Source of the DNA: a virus
Taxonomy: Duplodnaviria; Caudoviricetes
IMG/VR virus record: IMGVR_UViG_2061766007_000959
Reading direction: 5' to 3' (one strand)
Length of the DNA stretch: 64,000 nt
Part shown: piece by piece, positions 37,755-48,912 of the stretch
Layout: each line of letters starts with the position of its first letter
Numbering within the stretch: the first letter of the stretch is position 1
Translations under genes and position numbers: made by a program
The notes under the pieces: model-generated
Databases searched by the model: none
The model's input: the letters and a program-made list of their open reading frames with translations, nothing else
Told to the model about the DNA's origin: nothing

Positions 37755-40375
37755 ATGTACAAGGAACGTTACATCACATTTAAACTTGCGCAACAGTTAA
37801 GGTACATCGGGTTTCCGCAACACCAATCCCCGACAACGTATTTCGTCGGGGACGACAAGAAACGCGGGTGTTCAATCGGTGACTTGGTGTATCACCCAAG
37901 CGCGGAAACGGACACCCACCTGATTGACGCGCCGACACAGGACGCGTTATGCCGTTGGTTGCGGGAAACGCAACACATCGACATATTGGTCGATATTGTC
38001 GAACATTGGATTGAACTGCCCGAGGGGTGTTATTACCGATTCCGTGTTTACAAAGACCGTAAGTACATCGAGGATGACGACGACTATTTGTTTGAAACAT
38101 ACGACGACGCGATTGAAGCGGCGTTGGATAAAATTTTTCGGAAACACAAAGGTTACAAATTGGTTTTCTAACACAAATTAATAGTGATATGAAATACATA
38201 CACGACATGGCGCATTGTAAGGCTGACACCTGCAAACGCAGAAACGAATGTTACAGGTACAACGCGTATCAGGAAGTGACGGAATATACCGAACAAGAAA
38301 AACCCGAAATATACACTATTTCGGTTTTATTGGTGAAAGATACGGATAAGTGTACCCATTTCATGTTTGACGACAACACCGTGACGGGGATGTTTAAAAA
38401 AATGGATTATGAAACACGTATCAAACGCAGATAAAGCAAGAGAGATAGCGACAAGGTGGAAGGCAAAAGGCTTGCCATACAACGCAATCTATGACACCGC
38501 CATTGAGGCAATGGCGTGGAAAGATGAACGACACGCAAAGGAAAAGCAACAATGGATTGAAAAAACAACCAATTGCATACAAGATTTGTCGTTGGAACGT
38601 GATTACCTCGATATTATGGTAATTGAAGACGAACTTGTGAAACTGATGTACGGAACAACATTAAGAGGATAATAGAATATGGGAATGACCACAACAAAAC
38701 AGTTACGTTCAACGGATTTGATGGTTGGGGATTACGTCCTCGTCAAAACAACACACCTGAACAAAGACAACACGGTCGTCGGGGAACAATACGTGTACCG
38801 AACCGACGTGGATTTGATTTCAACGCTCCGAAGCCAGGAATTAGGTTTCAAAACGCGGGATTCAATCGGATTCGTGTATGCCGAACCAATCGAAATCACA
38901 GAAAAGATATTAGAGGATTCGGGTTTGGAAAACAACATGTCCACGTTCCTTTATGACACCTGTGGAGAATATGAAATCGTGATTACGGCGTTCGGCGGCG
39001 CGATTGACGGCAAATGGCATGTCAACATGAACACGACATCCCCGTTTTCAAACGAAAAGACGTTAACCGTGCAAACGGTCGCCGTGAAATATGTTCACGA
39101 ATTACAACACGTCCTGAAAATTTACACGGGTGATGACACACGAATAAAAATAGAATCATGAACGAAAAGAAAGTACATATAACAGTTTGTGACGACATAC
39201 CGCTTGAACGGGCTGTCGGGTACGTCCACGATGTTATCAAACGCGGACGCATAAGCAAGAATGACACGATGTTCTGTTACCTGACGTTGATACACGACAG
39301 GGAAACGAACCAACGCGTAGCCGTACAAACGATGGATTACCGTAAAAGTGACTGTTTTCGGGTTTATCTTGACGGGCGTTACGACAAGTATGGAAATTTA
39401 ATATCGAACACCTAAAACACATACAACTATGGGAATGATTTGGCAAATCAAAATTGACACCCGTGATGCTGACACCGATAGGGTGATAGACACACAATGG
39501 CTTGACCGTTTTGAACATTCGGTTGATGCCACTACATTTATTCGTGAATATTGCAAATTATACCCCGAATGGAAGTTGTCGGGGGATTACAAAGAATACG
39601 CAATAAAGTACAATGCCGATGGTTCGTCTTGCCACATGCACGCATACGGACAGATATTGTTTGAGGATTGGACGGAATACATAACGAGTGATTACAGGGA
39701 ATGCAAGGCAAAATTTGACACAGCCGACATTTGTTACGACGGCTCTAACATTTAAAATACAAAAATATGAAAGTAAAAATCAACACGGAAATCGATTTGG
39801 GTTGCCTTTTTGATGCCGCCCATTCGCAGAAAGAGATTCACGCGATGATGGAGTACCTTGTACCCCACGCGTCGGACGACACCATTATCAACGAGGTGTT
39901 CAACAGGTGCATTGTAGAGAAGATTGTGGACGAAATAGAAAAACAGTATTGTGTCCGCGACCTTCAACGAATCAAAACCAAATTGGAATGCCGCATACTT
40001 GAATGGTGCAAGGAAAACAATGTCGAAAACACGGAGGAGTATCTATGACGACGAACACCAAGAAAACCCTGATTGAATTGGCGGTAAACATATCCGTATT
40101 GTTCATCGCTGTCGCCTACGCGTTATTGCTGTTGTGGTTGCGCGGTGATATATAATTGAATTTGTAATTCAATAAACAAAAGTATTATGACAACATACAC
40201 AAGAGTTTGGAAAATTAACGGAACGTTGGTTGTCGCCCATGATATTGAAGACGCGATTGCGTTGTACAAAAAACATTACAACGAGTTTGACGTTAGTGCC
40301 GACATCACGGAAATCAATTTGGTTTTCGGTAACGAAAGTGATTTGGCGATTTTGTCGTTCGATGACGAAAAATAA
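37755..40375 (+). other. Array of small hypothetical CDSs (37755, 38189, 38409, 38679, 39158, 39429, 39767, 40187)
   Basis: Contiguous ORFs, several paralogous to earlier small-gene families. Confidence 0.62.
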
Positions 40376-40445
40376 ATGTAACAAACATTTGTTACATTCA
40401 AATTATTTATATATTTGCCGTCGGAACATTTAAAACGTGTTTATT

Positions 40446-41006
40446 ATGAACGTGAAGGATAAAACGGCGGTTGATGAGGTGATGGGTTTTTTGAAGGCGT
40501 TTGTCGATTACCATATCGACGAAACCACGATTGAATCCGCCCCGACGGACGCGCAAATGTTGGCGAAAAACATTCCCGTGTTGGAACGTTTGTTGACGGC
40601 GAAACCGAAACCGAAACCGAAACGTGCGGTCAAAAAAGTGAAACCTGATTACGGAAAATTGTGTGAAACGGACAACGTGTTACGGGATTTCGTTTACACA
40701 CAGGTTCGCAACGCCCGTGAATCGGTCAATCCGAATTACAAATATTGCGTGTGGAACGACGATAAAAGAACGACGTGGCTTACGGATGATTTGGATGCCG
40801 CCATGCGTTTTGCGTCAACCCAATCGAAATCACATACGTATTCACATTATTTGGTGTTGAAAATAGTACGGGCGGATGACGGCACATACCGAACGATTAA
40901 GGAATGTTTTTATTCCAACGGGGAATATTACGACGGTGATAAACATTGTTGTTTTTTACATTACGATTATATCGCGAGTATATCTGATGAAATTTTAAAA
41001 TTATGA
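40446..41006 (+). CDS. Hypothetical protein
   Basis: Follows promoter near 40410. Confidence 0.6.
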   Translation: MNVKDKTAVDEVMGFLKAFVDYHIDETTIESAPTDAQMLAKNIPVLERLLTAKPKPKPKRAVKKVKPDYGKLCETDNVLRDFVYTQVRNARESVNPNYKYCVWNDDKRTTWLTDDLDAAMRFASTQSKSHTYSHYLVLKIVRADDGTYRTIKECFYSNGEYYDGDKHCCFLHYDYIASISDEILKL

Positions 41007-41401
41007 ACAAGGAAACGATATTATACCGTGAATTGACGGCGTTTTTGCCATACGACATAAAGGTCGAATACGGCGGCGAGGCATACGATTTGACAATGGT
41101 TACGAACACACGAAAGGTTGTGATATTAAAACCGTTCATGTCAAACCAAATCGCCGTCCCGATTGCGGACGTGAAACCGTATTTGCGCCCGTTGTCAACC
41201 ATGACCGTGGACGAAGACGAGGCATGTCGGCGGTACAAATCGTCAATCGTCGAAAGTTGTGACGAATTGCTCGGTGAACGAATCGCCGAATTACACGAAT
41301 GGTACAAGTCACACTATCTTGATTACAACGGTTGGATTGACAAAGGCATTGCGGTCGCCGCACCTGACGATATGTATATCAGCACGAAAATTTTTCACTA
41401 A
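41003..41401 (+). CDS. KPYLRP family protein
   Basis: VKPYLRPLSTMT...DYNGWIDKGIA. Confidence 0.7.
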   Translation: MNKETILYRELTAFLPYDIKVEYGGEAYDLTMVTNTRKVVILKPFMSNQIAVPIADVKPYLRPLSTMTVDEDEACRRYKSSIVESCDELLGERIAELHEWYKSHYLDYNGWIDKGIAVAAPDDMYISTKIFH

Positions 41402-41483
41402 AAAAAATATAACAAACATTTGTTATGTTAAAACAATTTATATATTTGCCACATTGATTTTTAATAACAAAAACAACAACAAA

Positions 41484-42470
41484 ATGAGTATGAGAGAATG
41501 GGCGGAAATGGAATGCCGCAAAGTATGTAAGGAAATCAACCCTGATTTCAATTTTGACGGTGACGACTTTGATTTCGATTGTTCGTGTTACAAATCGGCG
41601 TTGAAAGCGTACAAATCGTTGATGGACGACGGACACAGCGGAAGTTCGTTCGGGTTTACGAAAAACATATTGATACGTCTTATGGAGGGTCAACCGTTAA
41701 CCCCGATAACCGATAAGGATTTCTTTGACGAGAATGGAAAAAGTTTTCCAATAGAATCGGACGAGTATTTGAAAAGGCGGGGTTTAAAATCGGAAATACA
41801 ATGTCCCCGAATGTCAAGTCTGTTCCGCATGGAAACACTTGACGGCAAAGTCACCTATCACGATATTGACCGTTGTGTGATGATTGACGCGGAAAATCCG
41901 TCGGATTGTTTCGGTTCGGGTGACGACAGGATAATCGACGAAATGTTCCCGATTACGATGCCGTATATGCCCAAACGCGGCAAATACGAGATATACACAC
42001 AAACATTCCTTGCCGACAAGAAACACGGTGATTTCGACACACGGGCGTTGTTGTACGCAATCACCCCCGACGGTAAAAGAATCGACCTGAACGTTTACAA
42101 AACCGAACGTGACGGGGGTTGGGTCAATATTACCAAAGCCGAGTACGACGAATTGTGTGAACGCCGTATCGACAAATTGAACATCAAAATCGCGGAACAT
42201 TTGCTTTGGACGCTTGTTTCAAATTCCGCATCCGACGAAATAAACGAAAAACGACGCGAGGCGTTCAACAAACTACCTGAAAGCACGGTTGAACGTTATC
42301 AGGATGAATTATCCGAATTGTGTAAGTTTTTTGACAATCCCGAAAATTGGCAGTACAACACCTTTAGTATGTCACAGAAACTGTGTAAGGGGGACGTTTG
42401 CGGATTGAAACCTGAACTTGTCGGGATTGCGGAATATTTGAAACGCGTTCTTAAAGATTTGGAACAATGA
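41484..42470 (+). CDS. Conserved phage protein (DGHSG...PLTPI...QCPRMSSLF)
   Basis: Start reassigned to ATG 41484, downstream of the promoter near 41441. Confidence 0.7.
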   Translation: MSMREWAEMECRKVCKEINPDFNFDGDDFDFDCSCYKSALKAYKSLMDDGHSGSSFGFTKNILIRLMEGQPLTPITDKDFFDENGKSFPIESDEYLKRRGLKSEIQCPRMSSLFRMETLDGKVTYHDIDRCVMIDAENPSDCFGSGDDRIIDEMFPITMPYMPKRGKYEIYTQTFLADKKHGDFDTRALLYAITPDGKRIDLNVYKTERDGGWVNITKAEYDELCERRIDKLNIKIAEHLLWTLVSNSASDEINEKRREAFNKLPESTVERYQDELSELCKFFDNPENWQYNTFSMSQKLCKGDVCGLKPELVGIAEYLKRVLKDLEQ

Positions 42471-44235
42471 AAACACGGTTACTGAAACGGTTGCGCCGAC
42501 AGATGAAACGCAGAGTTTGTGTCGGCTATGACGAAGATGGATTTGTTGTCGTTTGGAACAGGTCTTTGTTTTTTGACACCGACGACCTGTATTACCAACC
42601 GACTTATGTCAACAGCGGATTTGAATTTAGTAGTTGTGTGTGGCATCACAAAAGTGGGAGTATTAACGCAACAAGGTTGAAAGATATTTTAACCGACGCA
42701 AGACGTGATGCCATATTGGTTGTGGTTGGCGAACTGAAAAAAGAAAAAAAGTTTAGCGAAATACTTAAAACAATCAAAAAACTATAAAAAATGAAAGGTT
42801 ATACCACAAATGAACAATCGAAACAACTTGTTTCGGTGGGATTAGACCCGAATACGGCGGACATGTGTTACAAAGAATTGATTAGCGGGGAAAAAGTTTA
42901 TTCCGACCCAAGAGAAGCGGTTTTAACACCATATTCCCAGGCTTTGGAAACCAAACAAAGATTTGAAAGGGAACGCGCCGCGTATAGTGGAATCAAATCG
43001 AACATTGTGTATGAAGTAAACCCCTGTTGGTCTTTGAACGCGCTAATCGAACTGTTCCCAAAGGATAAAAACGCGCCCGTGTTCACGTTGACCCGTTGTG
43101 GGAAAGACCCGATAACGGGCAAACACAACGACGAATGGTACGCGGAATGGGAAACATTTGAAACGTATATCGTGTTGCACAACGAAAACGCCGTAGGCGC
43201 GGTTGTGGAACTGATTGTGAAATTGATACGTGACGGACGAATGAAACCACAATCACTATGAAAATCGAAATCGAGACGAAATACAACATCGGTGACGAGG
43301 TCATCGGTTATGTAAGCGAACGAGGGTTTAGAAAGTACAAGGTTGATGACATACGTGTTCAAACGCGCTCTATTGAGTATACGGGCGAGGATATTGAATA
43401 TCGTTGCACCATGATAACAAACGATGATTTGACATGTCAGGAAACGTTCACCCAATCGGAATTGTTCACAGCGGACGACATATACGAACGTTTGGGCAAA
43501 GTTGTGACATATCCGACAACAACCGAACGGGCGCGACATGACATCAACATGTATCTCGGTTTGAAAAATATCCTTTGGAATCCCCATGCGTATTCGGAAA
43601 TACATCCGTCGGATTTGATAAGATGGTTGGAATCCAAATTTCCCGAAATAGAACAGTATGTCAAAACAAACATAAAATGAAAGCAAATTTTAAAAAAGTG
43701 TACGTCGAATGGGTTGATTCGTCACGTAACAATGATTGGAATATTATTAACGAAATCGATTTCAACCTTTCGTTTTGTCCCGTCAATATAGAAACTATCG
43801 GTTGGTTGGTACACGAAACCGACAATTATATTGTCATTGCTCAATCAATAGGCTACGAACCCGAACAATTCTGCGGGACGATAACAATCCCGAAATGTTC
43901 CGTAAACAAATTGGTTGGCATTATACGTGAATGTGATTTGACGGATTAAATACATGGAAAACGACGGAAAACAAATGTCCCGTAAGGAAATCAACGAAAC
44001 GGTTTTCCAATCGTTCAGGGACGGGTACATCGTTATTTGCTCTATTGACGGGTTGGAACGAATACCGATTGAAAAATTCGTCGAACAACCATTAGAGGGA
44101 ATGTTGTACGACATGAACCACCTGGAGGCTGTCATACGCACCCGCGCCGAACACAAAGACGATTTCGGTTGGGTCAATGATATGGCTATGCTTAAAACGT
44201 TGGAATACTTTTACAACAAGGCAAAACAAAAGTAA
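42467..44235 (+). other. Five small hypothetical CDSs (42467, 42791, 43258, 43677, 43954)
   Basis: Overlapping starts and stops; 43677 has VEWVDS...TIGWLV. Confidence 0.62.
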
Positions 44236-44265
44236 TTGACATACAACATATTGTGTTTGCATTCA

Positions 44266-44296
44266 AAAATATCCGACAAAATCGGATATTTTTTTG
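44266..44296. terminator. Bidirectional-type hairpin terminator
   Basis: aaaaatatccga-caaaa-tcggatattttt. Confidence 0.6.
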
Positions 44297-44365
44297 TCTT
44301 ACGTGTACCAATATTGAAATTATTTATATATTTGTCACGTCAATAATGACACAAAACTTTAAAAA

Positions 44366-45355
44366 ATGGCAAATATGAAAACTACAGGTAACACACCGAA
44401 AACGGCGAAATTGCAAAAGAGCATCGAGGTATCGAAACGCAGAATCGCCGAATACGCGAAAAAGGCTGAAATGTACCGTTCGCGTTTTGAAAAAAACAAC
44501 GAATTTGGTTTGAATCTGAATGACCTTCGTACTGATTACGACGGGACAAAGGCGACGTTTAACGCAATTGGGGAACACAACGACAAAGTTTGTGAGAATT
44601 GGCGTGCGCGATACGAAGATAAGTACGGTAAAAACGACGGTTATTGGAAGTATTACGATTTAAGGGGAAACGCCGAACGTTACGTCGAAAACAACAAAAA
44701 CGGGTTGAACGAACAACGCCACCTTGCCGAATTGGAATCGCAAATATCGGCGGCGAACGCGGTTATCGCGGAACAAAAGGCGAAGGAGGCAAACCCCGAC
44801 GCGTTGTGTAAAATGTTAGTTGACCTTATGGCTGACTACAAGGTTGTTTGGTTTAACGAAATGCGCGAATGGAAGAGCAAAAGTCACGATGTTGTATGGG
44901 CGAAGAAACCGATGTGGAAACGTTGGATTGAACGCAAAGACCGTCTTGTATGTAATTATCACCGTCAATTGGGTTGGAACACCCAAACACACGCGAAATT
45001 GCGCAAAAACCTTGACGAAAAAGAAAAAATGTACCGCCGCCATTTGTGCAGCGAACAATTGGGTTACAAAATAAAGGACGAATATATGGCACACGTCGAA
45101 CTTGACCTTATCCACCTGTGGAGCAGAAACATGAACTATCTTGTTGAAAAATGTGAAAAATATGACATTGATTTGGATAAAATCGAAATCCGCAACCCAC
45201 GCGTAGAGGACAAAGGTTTTTCGGTTTTGATTTACGACGGGAAACAACGCGTTATCGATGTTCGCACTATTTGGGCGGCGGAACACAGTTATCTCGTGAC
45301 ACCGCACACACGTTACATCGTCACGGAACGCAAATTGAAAGGTGGGGTGAAATAA
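44366..45355 (+). CDS. Basic coiled-coil hypothetical protein
   Basis: Own promoter; long ORF. Confidence 0.7.
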   Translation: MANMKTTGNTPKTAKLQKSIEVSKRRIAEYAKKAEMYRSRFEKNNEFGLNLNDLRTDYDGTKATFNAIGEHNDKVCENWRARYEDKYGKNDGYWKYYDLRGNAERYVENNKNGLNEQRHLAELESQISAANAVIAEQKAKEANPDALCKMLVDLMADYKVVWFNEMREWKSKSHDVVWAKKPMWKRWIERKDRLVCNYHRQLGWNTQTHAKLRKNLDEKEKMYRRHLCSEQLGYKIKDEYMAHVELDLIHLWSRNMNYLVEKCEKYDIDLDKIEIRNPRVEDKGFSVLIYDGKQRVIDVRTIWAAEHSYLVTPHTRYIVTERKLKGGVK

Positions 45356-45581
45356 TCCCCACCATAATTTTTTTGACATTGTGAACAAAAAAGAATATAT
45401 TTGTGATAAAATTTTTTAAAACATTTTTTGTATGAAAAAGACAGCATTGGACGCGGGTGAGGATTTGGAAAACAAACAAACCGTTGATGGTACAACATAC
45501 TATATTTACAGAACAAACTAAAAACAACATTACGGGGGTCGGAATTGAAACCGTCCCCCGTGATTTAAAACAACAAATACA

Positions 45582-46760
45582 ATGTCAAAAATCGCAGAAT
45601 TGGACGATTACAAATTGGGTAAGCAGGTGGGTATGACCGCCGACCCCGACAAAAACCTTAAATCCGACAACAACAACTATCGGAAGGGTTTCAACGTGGG
45701 TCGTAAGCACCAATCAAAGGAAACCCTTGAACACGCGTTTTCCGATTCCGCCCTACGTTCGGAATTGAAAGACCAAATCGCGCGTTACCGCAAAACGAAG
45801 GACAGCGCGGCATACGCCCGCGTGATTGATTTGTGGTCGGAATATTCCAACCGCCACATCGCTGACGCGGACGATGAGGAATACGTGTTGATGGAATCCG
45901 ACGGCGAACCCGTGTTGACTAAAAAATACAAAAAGGAAAACCTTGCGTCCGCCAAAGAATACCTCGACAACAACCCTGACGACGAAATTGTCGGCAAAGA
46001 CGAAGAGGGTTCGGTTTACATCGCCGAAAAGGACGATGACGCGAAAAAGGAAGACGAACGCAAAGTCATCGGTGACAACAACAAAAACAAAAATATGGGT
46101 GACAATTACAAACTGACACGGATTAGCGACAGCCAATTTGCCGTGTCAAAGGACGGTGACGCGACATACCGTCTAATCAAAATCAAAGACCATTGGGGTT
46201 GCACCTGTCAGGGTTACTATTTCCGTGGCGCGTGCAAGCACCTTGACATGTTGAAGGGCAAAGTTGCCGATTCCGAATTGGCGGCGCGTGTCGAAAACCA
46301 CACACGCCGAGAGGTGGAATTGGTGGCGGATTCGTTGAAACGCGTTCTTGACGGTCACAAATGGGCGGTGTCGGGCGAATACCGACGCGGGTGTGAAACG
46401 ATTTCGACAATGCCCGTCGTCGTCGAATGTTCGGATTCGGAATTTAAAAACATTGAGAACGAATTAGACGGCGCAAGATTTACGAAAATGGTTGCGGATA
46501 ACACAATTATCCGTGGGTATTACGATAACGTCCCCTTGGTGCTGATTCGCGCCGCAGACGGGCAATTGGCGACACACCTGTTGTCAACCACGGGGACAAA
46601 GGAGGAAAATATGCGTTTGCGTGATTGCGCGAAACGGAAGGGTTATCGGTTGGTTGAAAACGGGTTGTTCGATTCATGCGGCAACCTTGTGAACACCCCC
46701 GACGAACAAACCATTTACCGCGTGTTGGGCGAACGGTACAAAAAACCGAATGAACGTTAA
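45582..46760 (+). CDS. SWIM zinc finger fused to a PolX-like palm/thumb domain lacking catalytic Asp residues
   Basis: CTC...CKH; SGEYRRGCETISTMP; TTGTKEENMRLR..AKRKGYRLVENGLF; EQTIYRVLG..Y..PNER. Confidence 0.75.
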   Translation: MSKIAELDDYKLGKQVGMTADPDKNLKSDNNNYRKGFNVGRKHQSKETLEHAFSDSALRSELKDQIARYRKTKDSAAYARVIDLWSEYSNRHIADADDEEYVLMESDGEPVLTKKYKKENLASAKEYLDNNPDDEIVGKDEEGSVYIAEKDDDAKKEDERKVIGDNNKNKNMGDNYKLTRISDSQFAVSKDGDATYRLIKIKDHWGCTCQGYYFRGACKHLDMLKGKVADSELAARVENHTRREVELVADSLKRVLDGHKWAVSGEYRRGCETISTMPVVVECSDSEFKNIENELDGARFTKMVADNTIIRGYYDNVPLVLIRAADGQLATHLLSTTGTKEENMRLRDCAKRKGYRLVENGLFDSCGNLVNTPDEQTIYRVLGERYKKPNER

Positions 46761-46779
46761 ACAATTAAATTATAAAAAT

Positions 46780-48582
46780 ATGAAACGAGTTAGTGATAAA
46801 GCCGATATTGAAACAATACGTTATTGGGTTCAAATTGCTATATACGATGCAGAGCAGGACGGTGTTGATATTACCGTTGACGTGGTTAAAGATTATGTTG
46901 GTTACGACGCGCAAGACCCCGAAACGCAGGCGTGGCTTGACGTGATTATTGAGGACGAAATTGAAAACTTGGACGAACCGCAAGCGAAAGACTATTGGCG
47001 TGAGGCTGAAGACAAGTATTTAATGGGCAGACGCTCAGACAGCAAACAATCAAAAAACAACAATATGAAACGAATTAAAGACGGTTATAGTGATTTTTAT
47101 CACGAAGAAGACTTTCCCGCTTATAGGGGAATAGAATTTAAAGACACTTGGACTAAATACGAGGTAATGGTATCGGGTGATAGTAATAATGATTTGTTCA
47201 AGGGTTTTAGTTTTATGGACGACGCAATACAATATGCCGAAAGTCTTAAAACGAATGATAATTCCGTTACAATATACAAAACAACATATTCCAAATACGG
47301 TGAAGAAGACACTCGGATAATATGGGAAGACGGTAAACGTGTTTCCGACAGCCGCCGTGTAAGGGACAATTCAAACAACGATATTGTTGAAAATTTTAGT
47401 CCGTATTTGGTTGACACACCGTATTTCACAGGTACGGGTTACAATGGGGTTTTAATTCGTGATAAAAATTCTGATTTGAAAATTTGGGTTGACTATTGGA
47501 CGGTCAAGGATAAAAACGGCATGACGACATACGATTGGGAAATAAGCCCCGAATGGCATATTAACAATTCAGAAAAAAAATGGGATGCGTTCGAGGCGGT
47601 CATAAACGATAAAACGTGCATGATGGCGATTGAAAACCAATTGCAAAAACATTTGTTTGATAACGACGGTGTTTTGGATAAAATCGACCCGTCCGACCGT
47701 CGCGGCAATGCGTATAAAGATGCAAAATGGAGATTCGAGGATGTCGCCGATTCACGCCGCCGTATGTCGGGACGTTCAATCGTGTCGCGTATCAAAGATT
47801 CGGTAAAGGCGAAAAACATTCGTCGGAAAATCACCGATGCCGCCGAAAAATATTTCAAAAAGGATTTAAAGAACCTACAGGCGTACCGCCGTGTCACCGA
47901 TTCCGAAGGCAAGGTTAAGGAAAACGTTGTGTTTCTGATTGAGGATTCCGATGTTCTCGCCGTGTTCCCGAACACATACGGAACGGCAAGCCGCGACCGT
48001 GACACGATGGTATGTTACAGCCACAACGGGCAACATGGGGTTTGCACATACGATTATGCCAACACCCTGAAAACCGCCGACAGTTACGACGCGTTGAAGG
48101 ACGAATTGACAAACTACGTCGGCTACAATCTGACAATCGTCGATTCGTTGCCGTCGGAAACCGAACTGAAACAGAACGCTCGTGAAATCCGTGATTCGTA
48201 CAAACAGCACAAACGCCACGCGATTACGGACGAGCGTATGTTGGCACGCGGTGAGGAAATCGAATACAAAGGTAAGCGTGGTACGGTTCAGTACGCGTTG
48301 TTCCACGGTCAAGAACCCGTTGTAATCCGTTGGCAGAACGAAGAGGGTTCGGAAGAATTTGAAGTTCCGTACAACGAGGTCGGTAAACTGAAAATCCATG
48401 ACAGCGACGATGATAGCAACGATGACATCGATACGAATGTCGAACCCGTTGAAAACGATTCGGACATCGACGATGCCGAGGTTACGGACAATTGCGGTGG
48501 TAAAAAGAAAACCAAAAAGAAGACCGCTGACAACGTGAAACGTGTGAAGATTACCAAGCGTCAAAGCAAAAAAACGGAATGA
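46780..48582 (+). CDS. Polyprotein / polyvalent-type protein with repeated (I/V)xD linkers
   Basis: Starts MKRVSD; internal MKRIKD; more than 10 motif copies; contains a VLAVFP...CYSHNGQHG domain. Confidence 0.75.
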   Translation: MKRVSDKADIETIRYWVQIAIYDAEQDGVDITVDVVKDYVGYDAQDPETQAWLDVIIEDEIENLDEPQAKDYWREAEDKYLMGRRSDSKQSKNNNMKRIKDGYSDFYHEEDFPAYRGIEFKDTWTKYEVMVSGDSNNDLFKGFSFMDDAIQYAESLKTNDNSVTIYKTTYSKYGEEDTRIIWEDGKRVSDSRRVRDNSNNDIVENFSPYLVDTPYFTGTGYNGVLIRDKNSDLKIWVDYWTVKDKNGMTTYDWEISPEWHINNSEKKWDAFEAVINDKTCMMAIENQLQKHLFDNDGVLDKIDPSDRRGNAYKDAKWRFEDVADSRRRMSGRSIVSRIKDSVKAKNIRRKITDAAEKYFKKDLKNLQAYRRVTDSEGKVKENVVFLIEDSDVLAVFPNTYGTASRDRDTMVCYSHNGQHGVCTYDYANTLKTADSYDALKDELTNYVGYNLTIVDSLPSETELKQNAREIRDSYKQHKRHAITDERMLARGEEIEYKGKRGTVQYALFHGQEPVVIRWQNEEGSEEFEVPYNEVGKLKIHDSDDDSNDDIDTNVEPVENDSDIDDAEVTDNCGGKKKTKKKTADNVKRVKITKRQSKKTE

Positions 48583-48583
48583 T

Positions 48584-48892
48584 ATGAATTATACTGTTAG
48601 TGTGAATAATTTTGATACCCTGATTGAGGTATCGAAAAGTAACATGTCACGTAATACCTTTGAACGGTTGCAAGAGTTGGTTGCGGATTTCGAGGGTAGT
48701 TTTCTTGATTTTCAAACGTATATTGAGGAGGTATATAAAGAGTTATATAAAAAAGAGTTTAATCATATACTTGATGATTGGGATAACATAGATGTTTTTA
48801 CATTCGGTCATTGGATTATTGATGATGAGGAGGAATTTAAAAACATGTGCCTGTATTTTCAAGAACAAGGTTGGTTACATGATTGGTATTAA
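48584..48892 (+). CDS. Acidic hypothetical protein
   Basis: Lies between the two polyproteins. Confidence 0.6.
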   Translation: MNYTVSVNNFDTLIEVSKSNMSRNTFERLQELVADFEGSFLDFQTYIEEVYKELYKKEFNHILDDWDNIDVFTFGHWIIDDEEEFKNMCLYFQEQGWLHDWY

Positions 48893-48912
48893 CAATTTAA
48901 AATAATAAGAAC

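Noticed and set aside
45530-45565. tRNA-like element
   Set aside because: Single hairpin only, no cloverleaf; I found no convincing tRNA in the window
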